Positions 17,045-24,019 of a stretch of DNA of 24,019 nt are shown here, in pieces; positions within the stretch are counted from its first letter, which is position 1, and each line of letters begins with the position of its first letter. Source of the DNA: Promethearchaeota archaeon (GTDB lineage: Archaea > Asgardarchaeota > Lokiarchaeia > Sigyniarchaeales > SOKP01); NCBI GenBank assembly GCA_048938895.1, contig JBHLLU010000059.1, forward strand, positions 1 to 24,019. The letters run 5' to 3'. The notes under the pieces are model-generated. The model searched no databases. It saw only the letters and a list, made by a program, of their open reading frames with translations, and had not been told where the DNA came from. The translations under genes were made by a program, and so were the position numbers.

Positions 17045-19225
17045 TTATTGATAAGGTTTAATTATTGAAAGAACATCATCAAAATCGATTCCCAATTCTT
17101 TAACCTTTGCGATAGTAGGACAACCTTTTTGATTCCATCCTCGTACCTTATAAACCGCATCTTGAAGTTTTAAATATTGGTCCATTCTGTATGTTCGAAG
17201 TAATTTGATTTTTTCTTCTATGGTTTTTGATTCTATCTCAAATCCTAATTCTTTTAGCTGTTCATCATATCTCTCTGTTCGGCTTTCATATTCTAATGGT
17301 GAGACTGGACCCATAGCCCTATAAGGAAAATTGTTATCATGTTCTCTTAATCCTTTCCCTTGACGTATATTGAAAATTCTTTGAAAATTGTATACAACTT
17401 CTGACATGTATATAATATCATCAGGTGTAGATTCTTTTCCCGTCACAGCAGAGAAATATTGAGCGTACCAAGCAATGTGATCAGGAACCTTAGCTCTAAC
17501 AAGTTCCCCAGTATCAGGATCTTTAATTGGATAGTCTGCTTGAGATTTTGGTTGAATATCATTCCAAGGAAGTTTGCAGAGGCCACAAAGTCCAAACCAA
17601 GTACGCCATAAGGGGAACCAACGTAATGCTTTTGCTTTATCCTCAAAAGTAGGAATTGAATTTCTTATTACATCCTCAAATATCAACCAAGCTTCATCAT
17701 GCTGAGGACCCTTATTAGTAAAACCATAACCTCCTTGTTGAGCTAAAGATTCTTTAGTTACGTATTCAGAAAATTCCAAACCCTTATGTTCCATACCAAT
17801 GTCTTGCATAAGTTCCGGATTTGCCCCATATTCTTTGATAAAAATCTCTTTCATCTCTTTAATCCCTTTACCAACTGTCAGACCAAAGCCATTACCTTCT
17901 GCCATTTGATGGATTAATTCGATTGCAGCTTCTGCATTCCCAAAATTGAGTTCTAATCCTCCAGTAATCTCCTTATTTAAGATCCCTAACTCGAAACATT
18001 CCATTACAAATGCTATACCCGTTCCTACGCTTATTGTGTCGAGACCATAGGTATCACAGTAAAAATTAGTCTCTAATATCCATTTAGGGTCCCAGACTCC
18101 CCAATTTGAACCACAACCGGCAATTGTTTCATATTCAGGACCATCCACAATTACTTTTTGACCTTTAAAGGGTCCTGTTCTAATTTCATAATTTTCTGAA
18201 TAATGAGAACAACTTACCGTGCACCCTATCCAACATCCATCTGCACCCTCTCTTCCAGAATATATCCCCCTCATTATTTCTCTGTTATAAGGAATATCCT
18301 TACCACTAATCTCCTTATGTCTACCATAACGGAAGTTTTCAGTGGGTAATAAATCTGTTACATTCATGATATCAGGAAGATGTCCTGTTCCTACCCTTCT
18401 CATTTCATTTTGAATAGGATCTAATTCCATTATTTCCTGAGTATGAGCTTTCCCTATTTCCCTTGCTGTTTCTAAGTCATCTGGATTGTTTGATTTTATT
18501 GTAACTTTAGGAGATCGACATACTATCGCTTTAATTTTTTTATCTGCGAACACAGTCCCGATTCCTCCCCTTCCTGCTTGTTTTGAAGATGCCCAATTTC
18601 TTCCTTTTACAAACCAAGAAAAATTAAGCATTCCCCATTTTGTATTTTTTGCAGCAGGACCAGTGCATACTACTGAAATTCGTTGTTTTTCACTTTCTTC
18701 TTGTGCAAATCTTTCAGTTAGTTGCTGTGTAAGCTCGTGTGAATATTCTGAAAGGTTCTCATAAGTTGTTGCAGGTTCTATTTTGATGCTACCTTCAACA
18801 CCATCAATAAATATTATTACTTCTTCTTGAGATTTACCTTGAATCTCTAATGCATCAAATCCAGAAAACTTTAGATATGGTCCAAAATAACCACCAACAT
18901 TTGAATCAATAATTATCCCCGTTAATGGTGAAATGGAGGTAACAATTGATTTTCCTGAGCCAGGATAAAAAATACTTCCACCTAAAGGTCCAGAAGATAT
19001 ACAAATTTCATTTTCAGGTTCGTTCCATTTTACACTGTGATCTTTTGGAAGCGAATTCCACATTAACCATAAATCAAACCCTTTTCCCCCAATGAATTTT
19101 TCTTTCATTTCATCAGAAACTGGTTTAATCGCAATTTCTTGCTTAGATAGATTTATATACAAAGTTCTATTAGCATAACCCTTCTGAACGTCATATATTT
19201 CATACTTTTTTTCTATAAAACTCAT
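17045..19225 (-). CDS. Aldehyde:ferredoxin oxidoreductase family (tungstopterin, 4Fe-4S)
   Basis: SPLTG...DSNVGGYFGPYLKFSGFDAL, AGRGGIG, CWIGCTVSC, GPEYET, CDTYGLDTIS, GLCGLCK, YKVRGW. Subfamily not determinable by eye. Confidence 0.93.
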   Translation of the reverse strand: MSFIEKKYEIYDVQKGYANRTLYINLSKQEIAIKPVSDEMKEKFIGGKGFDLWLMWNSLPKDHSVKWNEPENEICISSGPLGGSIFYPGSGKSIVTSISPLTGIIIDSNVGGYFGPYLKFSGFDALEIQGKSQEEVIIFIDGVEGSIKIEPATTYENLSEYSHELTQQLTERFAQEESEKQRISVVCTGPAAKNTKWGMLNFSWFVKGRNWASSKQAGRGGIGTVFADKKIKAIVCRSPKVTIKSNNPDDLETAREIGKAHTQEIMELDPIQNEMRRVGTGHLPDIMNVTDLLPTENFRYGRHKEISGKDIPYNREIMRGIYSGREGADGCWIGCTVSCSHYSENYEIRTGPFKGQKVIVDGPEYETIAGCGSNWGVWDPKWILETNFYCDTYGLDTISVGTGIAFVMECFELGILNKEITGGLELNFGNAEAAIELIHQMAEGNGFGLTVGKGIKEMKEIFIKEYGANPELMQDIGMEHKGLEFSEYVTKESLAQQGGYGFTNKGPQHDEAWLIFEDVIRNSIPTFEDKAKALRWFPLWRTWFGLCGLCKLPWNDIQPKSQADYPIKDPDTGELVRAKVPDHIAWYAQYFSAVTGKESTPDDIIYMSEVVYNFQRIFNIRQGKGLREHDNNFPYRAMGPVSPLEYESRTERYDEQLKELGFEIESKTIEEKIKLLRTYRMDQYLKLQDAVYKVRGWNQKGCPTIAKVKELGIDFDDVLSIIKPYQ

Positions 19226-19328
19226 AGAATTTCACTCTATTCAGTTCTGAATACAAAATTTAAAACATGATTTTAGATTATGGATGATTTAATGAGACTT
19301 TAGAATTAAATATTATTTACTAGGTTTT

Positions 19329-19363
19329 AAAAAAAAAATAGAAAAAAAGATATTAAAAAAAAG
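19329..19363 (-). terminator. Oligo-T terminator downstream of the flavodoxin gene
   Basis: Three A-tracts on the plus strand (T-tracts on minus) immediately after the stop at 19366. Confidence 0.5.
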
Positions 19364-19365
19364 TT

Positions 19366-19929
19366 TTAAATCTTGCTAGCTAAATTTTTAGCCCATTTAC
19401 GTATTTCATCCCAATTTCTTGAATCATAAACTCCCGGTTTTGTTTCCTTAAAACCTGCTGGCTTTAAATTTTCTTTTTCTGCATCTAAATATTTTGCATA
19501 TATTCTACCCATCTGATTATAATCCCAGATACCTCCGAACATCATCATCGAAATTGGATTAATATAATATTTGATAGCTTTATCTTCAAGGTACTTTTTG
19601 GTTATTCTGCTAATTTCCTCATTTTCTCCTTTGTATTCCATGAGTGCTCGCGCACCAGAAGATACAAATATTGCTACTTTCTTTTTATTAAGTTCACTAC
19701 TAAACTTCTTTAAAAAGGCTTTAGTTTTACTCGTCCACATTTCCATTTTCATTCCGCTTCCTATTATAACAAGTTCATATTCTGATATATCTTTAACCTT
19801 CTCTTCTTTAAGATTTACGACCTTTACTTCAAAGCCTTCTTCTCGAAGAACTTTAGCAATTTCTTCTGCGGTGCCAGTTGTTGCTCCATAACGAGTTCCA
19901 TACGCAATTAATACTTTTTTATTTGCCAT
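19366..19929 (-). CDS. Flavodoxin domain protein (Flavodoxin_5 / HemG-like)
   Basis: LIAYGTRYGATTGTAEEIA FMN phosphate loop, YELVIIGSG, KVAIF, FGG, DSRNWDEIRKWA. Confidence 0.88.
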   Translation of the reverse strand: MANKKVLIAYGTRYGATTGTAEEIAKVLREEGFEVKVVNLKEEKVKDISEYELVIIGSGMKMEMWTSKTKAFLKKFSSELNKKKVAIFVSSGARALMEYKGENEEISRITKKYLEDKAIKYYINPISMMMFGGIWDYNQMGRIYAKYLDAEKENLKPAGFKETKPGVYDSRNWDEIRKWAKNLASKI

Positions 19930-20099
19930 TTATCCCACTTTTTTTTTATATTTTCTGTTATCCCATACAATAACAAATCGATTGAGTGTTGAAGATAACC
20001 TACAGCTGTAGCACCACTCATCTCCAGAAGTAATTGATTAACAGGATATAGGTATACAATATTTTCATTAGCAGAACTTATAAATGTTCCTCTGAATTT
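19908..20099 (-). pseudogene. Possible C-terminal gene remnant (regulator-like helices)
   Basis: Hand-translated stop-free frame KFRGTFISSANENIVYLYPVNQLLLEMSGATAVGYLQHSIDLLLYGITENIKKKWDKWQIKKY*, bounded upstream by TGA and overlapping the flavodoxin start by 22 nt. Confidence 0.35.
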
Positions 20100-20190
20100 T
20101 CAATTTCAATTATTATTCTGGAATCAGAACTTAATAAATTAAAAATTGGTCTAGTAAATTTTTATTATAACTTTTAATTATTCATTTATT

Positions 20191-20679
20191 ATGCCTGCTT
20201 TAGCTCATTTAGGAATAGGGTTTGCAACTAAGCGATTTGCTCCTCAAATCCCACTTTGGATCTTATTAATAAGTTCAATGGCACTGGACCTCTTATCAGG
20301 TGTTTTTTTCTTTGCACTCTGGATTAACCATGGACTATTCATGTCAGTTGTGTGGACAATCATTTTTATGCTAATTACGATGCTGATCACCTACCATCTG
20401 AAATCAAAGAAGGAAAATAATATATCATTTTTTAATATAGAAACTTGGACCATTAGTACTATAGTTGGATTTGTTGTTTTTAGTCATTTTATACTAGACT
20501 TTATTGGATGGCCCATGAGTGTTTTAGACTCTAATGCAACTGGAGTACCTCTTCTCTTTAATGACAATATAAATATAGGACTAGGGGTGTATAGTACATG
20601 GGTTGGAGCATTATCAATGGATCTTGGAGTATTCACAGTAGGACTTGTGATCTACATTCACTATAAACTAAAAAAATGA
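20191..20679 (+). CDS. Membrane protein, YdjM/DUF457-like putative metal-dependent hydrolase
   Basis: Hydrophobic helices with the spaced pattern N-terminal H, LD, NHGL and SHFILD. Confidence 0.65.
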   Translation: MPALAHLGIGFATKRFAPQIPLWILLISSMALDLLSGVFFFALWINHGLFMSVVWTIIFMLITMLITYHLKSKKENNISFFNIETWTISTIVGFVVFSHFILDFIGWPMSVLDSNATGVPLLFNDNINIGLGVYSTWVGALSMDLGVFTVGLVIYIHYKLKK

Positions 20680-20701
20680 GATTTTTATTCAATTATTTTA
20701 T

Positions 20702-21454
20702 TTATTTCTGAGCTTTAAAACAAATTAACCCTCCAAAATTTTTTACGGTAACACCCGCTTCGGATTCCTCTTTCACAATCTTTGTTTTTATCTCAAGATT
20801 TTCTGCGATTTGTAAGATTCGCTGTATTTTATTTCTATTCTTTGGATTTTTTAAATATTCTTCAGTTAGGATGATATAATTTGGCTTAGGTGAATTAGGA
20901 TTCCTTTTAATGTATCTCAATTCATTATCAATTTCTCTCCAAGTATAGAGAATTTTTGAGAACTTCTCATCTTTGTTGATGATTTCTTTCAATTCTTCTA
21001 GTATTAATAATCCCTCTTGATTGGATGTTTTATCAACAATTTTTCCAAAAGATTCTAGTGTCTTTAAGTAATAGACATCTTTTTGATTCCTCGCTTGATT
21101 ACCTATGATCTTAGAAAAAACAACCTGTTTATCTCCTCTTTTCAATAACCATAAATGATGTTTATTAACGTGATTTAGAAACTCATCTGAATATATTTTT
21201 TTGGGTGGTGATAACAGAATTACACTCCTAATACCTTCTTTTATTAAAGGTCTTAATACATTAATGATCTCCTCATGAAAATGGTATAAATGCTTTTTAT
21301 TCTGCCTTTTTCTCTTCCTTCCACGTTTTATCCTATAATAAAACCTAATCGATTCACTATATATTCTCCAGAATACAGCATCATTATCATGAAGACCAAT
21401 TAGTATGGCTACTTGATGACCACGTTTAATTCGTTTTTGTTTTTTCTTAGTCAT
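20702..21454 (-). CDS. Pelota/aRF1-like protein with domains 2-3 only
   Basis: C-terminal KTKIVKEESEAGVTVKNFGGLICF resembles the eRF1_3 end; FHEEIINVL...RSVILLSPP...F resembles pelota domain 2; no N-terminal domain and no GGQ. Confidence 0.6.
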   Translation of the reverse strand: MTKKKQKRIKRGHQVAILIGLHDNDAVFWRIYSESIRFYYRIKRGRKRKRQNKKHLYHFHEEIINVLRPLIKEGIRSVILLSPPKKIYSDEFLNHVNKHHLWLLKRGDKQVVFSKIIGNQARNQKDVYYLKTLESFGKIVDKTSNQEGLLILEELKEIINKDEKFSKILYTWREIDNELRYIKRNPNSPKPNYIILTEEYLKNPKNRNKIQRILQIAENLEIKTKIVKEESEAGVTVKNFGGLICFKAQK

Positions 21455-21488
21455 GATAAAATAGCAAAATTAGAAATATAAAAAAAAT

Positions 21489-22826
21489 TTAAAGATTATC
21501 CTCAATAAACTTATCCAGTACTTCTTCAATTGAAGGACTCCCAATTGATTCAATGTCATAAGATACTTTTACTATCGGTTTGTTTGTTTTAATTAACTTA
21601 GTTAAGTCAATAGGACTTCCATTTAAGATTATATCTGCTTTCACATTATTGAGAGTTTTTTCTAAATCCTCTATTTGTTGATCTGTGTATCCCATAGCAG
21701 GTACTATATGGGTTATTTGGGGGAAATCTTCGAATACATCTTTCATAGAACCTGCCAAAGCTTTTCTTGGATCAACGACCTTCGCTTCTGCATTTTTAGC
21801 AGCAACATAAGCAGCACCTATTGACATCCCTCCATGTGTTAAAGTAGGGCCGTCTTCTACGACTACAACCTTCTTTCCTTTAAGTTTTAATGGATCTTCT
21901 GCTTTAACCACGGAATTTGTATAGACTTTTATGGCATTCGGATTTAACTCATCAAGATTTTTCTCCACAGTTTTGATATCTTCTGGTTTCGCGCTATTCA
22001 TTTTGTTTATTACAAACACATCTGCATATTTTGCATTTACTTCTCCGGGGTGGTATTTTATCTCGTGACCTGGTCGTAATGGATCGACAACAACAAAAAG
22101 CAAATTGGGAATATAGAAAGAAATTTCATTATTTCCACCATCAAAAATAATTACATCCGCCTCCTTCTCAGCTTCTCTGATGATCTTCTCATAATCAACT
22201 CCTGAATAAATCACAAGACCCTGTCGTATATAAGGCTCATACTCTTCACGTTCTTCAATACTGCAGTCATATGTATCTAAATCTTCATATTTTTCAAATC
22301 TCATAATATTTTGTTGTATTAAATCACCATATGGCATTGGTTCGCGAATAGCTACAACTTTATATCCCTTGCTTTTTAAATATCGATATGTAGCTCGAGA
22401 AACTTGACTTTTTCCACATCCTGTTCTTACAGCACAAATTGCAACAACTGGTTTATTAGCTTTTAATTGAGTAAATCTGCCTGATATTAATCGATAATTT
22501 GCTCCTGCAGCTAAAGCTCGTGATGCTTTATGCATAACCTCTTCGTGAGAGACATCCGAATAAGCAAAGACTACTTCATCAACATTATGATTTTTAATTA
22601 ATTCCTCAAGTGAATCTTCTGATACCATCGGAATTCCATTTGGATATAGTTTACCTGCTAATTCAGCTGGATAACTTCGTTCAGCTTCTTCAGTAGTACC
22701 TACGTTTTGCTCTCCAGCAATAGTAAATGCTATCACCTCATATTCATCTTTATCCCTGAAAACTGTGTTAAACACATGAAAATCCATTCCTAAAGCACCA
22801 ATTATAATAACTTTCTTTCTCTTCAT
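21489..22826 (-). CDS. arcE: COG2403 P-loop protein (cyclic 2,3-diphosphoglycerate synthetase-like family), probable arginine synthetase
   Basis: DFHxFN, YPAELAGKLYPNGIP, FAYSDV, P-loop AVRTGCGKS, PMPYGDL, IEEREEYEP, DGGNN, HPGE, EDGPTLTHGGM, PAMGY. arcB and arcC are in the window and no arginine deiminase is. Confidence 0.75.
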   Translation of the reverse strand: MKRKKVIIIGALGMDFHVFNTVFRDKDEYEVIAFTIAGEQNVGTTEEAERSYPAELAGKLYPNGIPMVSEDSLEELIKNHNVDEVVFAYSDVSHEEVMHKASRALAAGANYRLISGRFTQLKANKPVVAICAVRTGCGKSQVSRATYRYLKSKGYKVVAIREPMPYGDLIQQNIMRFEKYEDLDTYDCSIEEREEYEPYIRQGLVIYSGVDYEKIIREAEKEADVIIFDGGNNEISFYIPNLLFVVVDPLRPGHEIKYHPGEVNAKYADVFVINKMNSAKPEDIKTVEKNLDELNPNAIKVYTNSVVKAEDPLKLKGKKVVVVEDGPTLTHGGMSIGAAYVAAKNAEAKVVDPRKALAGSMKDVFEDFPQITHIVPAMGYTDQQIEDLEKTLNNVKADIILNGSPIDLTKLIKTNKPIVKVSYDIESIGSPSIEEVLDKFIEDNL

Positions 22827-23214
22827 AGATATAAACCTTTCTCATAGAACCTTCTAGTTTATCATATTAGTTAATTTGGTATTTGTTTTAATGTTTTTTG
22901 ATAATTCTATGGGAATAACAACCCATACTTTGCAAACCATGTATCTCAAAAAATATTTTTTACATTTCTAAAACTAATTCTTTAAATAAAGTAAATATTC
23001 ATTTAATGGCAGAAAGCTTTTTCTGTTCATAACAAATATCGTAGATTTATGAAATTACATCTCTTAAACCTAAAAACTTGAGAGGATTGATTTTTGTTTT
23101 GTAATAACTATGTTTATATAGTCATTTTTTATGATATACAATAAAATATGAATATGAGAATAATCATTTCATATAAATTTAATAAAAAAAAATTGTAAAT
23201 GGGTCGAGAAAAAT

Positions 23215-23406
23215 ATGTTTTGGACTAACTTGAAATTAAGACTCATATTAGCAGGATGTATTGTTTCAATTATAGGTGTTGTATTGCTTATTATACATGG
23301 TTTCTCAGTCATTTACATTGGATTAATAATCGCGGGAATAATTATATTAGTGATTGGATTAACTTGGGAGCTTAAGGAAAAACTAATTGATAAGAGCTCG
23401 AACTGA
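23215..23406 (+). CDS. Small membrane protein (2 TM hairpin)
   Basis: 63 aa with two Gly/Ile-rich hydrophobic helices and a charged tail. Confidence 0.55.
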   Translation: MFWTNLKLRLILAGCIVSIIGVVLLIIHGFSVIYIGLIIAGIIILVIGLTWELKEKLIDKSSN

Positions 23407-23550
23407 AAGATTCCATTCATTTTACTATATCTTCTTATCGAACTTCATATTATTATGATTGCCGGAATCATTGTTATAATTGACATTTGCATGTTTTTTG
23501 CTAGTCGAGTAATATTCCGAAGCGAAGAAATCTTAACAAAATGGAAATAA
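23407..23550 (+). pseudogene. Probable C-terminal remnant of an ABC-2 type transporter permease
   Basis: Hand translation KIPFILLYLLIELHIIMIAGIIVIIDICMFFASRVIFRSEEILTKWK*; the FRxEEILTKWK ending resembles remembered archaeal ABC-2 permease termini. Confidence 0.5.
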
Positions 23551-23710
23551 ATGCTCAAAAAAATTCTAAAAAATATAAAACTAGTATAGATCGTAAAGAT
23601 TATTTCTATAATCTATACTATAAATAAAAAGTAATTTAAACGACAATATATTAGCAAAATATAGGGATGTGAAAATCACAAGAATTATTTTAATGAGAAT
23701 TATTTTTATT

Positions 23711-23717
23711 AGGAGGT
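23711..23717 (+). promoter_or_regulatory. Shine-Dalgarno site
   Basis: AGGAGGT ending 6 nt before ATG 23724. Confidence 0.75.
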
Positions 23718-23723
23718 AATTGT

Positions 23724-24019
23724 ATGAAAGAAATACCTGATTATGAAAAGTATCCGGTTAGCGAGGAAGAAATGGGAAAGCGTTATAAGAATTGGACAAA
23801 AGCCTTGGCTCGGATGGCAGTGTTGCTTTATACAGTAGGTAAGGAAGTCGGAGGCGAAAAATTCGTCGAAAGACTTAAGGAAGAAAATCGAGAAAGGGGT
23901 AAGAGAGATGCGGCAACAATAATGAAAATAGTAGGTTGCAAACCAGAGGATTTCAAGGATTGCATGAAGATTCCCAAGATGGTTGATTTCATAGATGATA
24001 GATATGCGAATTTCTGGGA
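23724..24019 (+). CDS. Hypothetical protein, 3'-truncated by the window edge (possibly ATC-hydrolase/V4R-like N-terminus)
   Basis: Not in the ORF track. Open to the window end: MKEIPDYEKYPVSEEEMGKRYKNWTKALARMAVLLYTVGKEVGGEKFVERLKEENRERGKRDAATIMKIVGCKPEDFKDCMKIPKMVDFIDDRYANFW; strong SD. Family guess is weak. Confidence 0.75.
   Translation, partial: MKEIPDYEKYPVSEEEMGKRYKNWTKALARMAVLLYTVGKEVGGEKFVERLKEENRERGKRDAATIMKIVGCKPEDFKDCMKIPKMVDFIDDRYANFW

Noticed and set aside
12676-19891. ORFs 12676-12861, 14994-15209, 16560-16808, 17443-17646, 18486-18764 and 19571-19891
   Set aside because: All are nested in longer motif-bearing genes, either antisense or in an alternate frame.
19366-19929. Flavodoxin as the first gene of the AOR operon, or as true HemG
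   Set aside because: A 140-nt gap with oligo-T tracts separates it from AOR, and no heme genes are nearby. A role as electron carrier cannot be excluded.
21489-22826. Annotation as cyclic 2,3-diphosphoglycerate synthetase or generic GTPase
   Set aside because: No 2-phosphoglycerate kinase neighbour; motif set and arcB/arcC context favour the ArcE-like branch. Not formally excluded without phylogeny.
22827-23214. ncRNA or riboswitch upstream of arcE (short inverted repeats such as TATGGG...CCCATA at 22908-22927)
   Set aside because: Stems are only about 6 bp in very AT-rich DNA and are expected by chance; no GC-rich structured segment.
23404-23406. Selenocysteine codon
   Set aside because: No Cys/Sec redox context, no SECIS recognised, and the downstream peptide looks like an unrelated permease tail.

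Overview
AT-rich archaeal window, most likely from an Asgard archaeon (Lokiarchaeia-like). The assignment is an inference from an Asgard-type profilin and an ornithine carbamoyltransferase that resembles those of anaerobic eukaryotes. The window is dominated by anaerobic amino-acid catabolism: lysine 5,6-aminomutase (kamD partial, kamE), ornithine aminotransferase, carbamate kinase, ornithine carbamoyltransferase, a COG2403 P-loop protein (arginine synthetase ArcE-like), a two-gene proline/sarcosine dehydrogenase-like complex, and a tungsten-type aldehyde:ferredoxin oxidoreductase directly upstream of that complex. Also present are a penicillin acylase-family hydrolase, a D-aminoacylase, a beta-glucuronidase, a radical SAM protein, a flavodoxin, a truncated pelota/aRF1-like protein, small membrane proteins and two probable gene remnants. 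Main hypothesis: a deiminase-free, ATP-conserving arginine pathway (ArcE-ArcB-ArcC) feeds ornithine, with proline, to glutamate semialdehyde, which the AOR oxidises with ferredoxin. Family calls come from motifs and remembered homologs; no searches were run. No RNA genes, CRISPR arrays or mobile elements were recognised.
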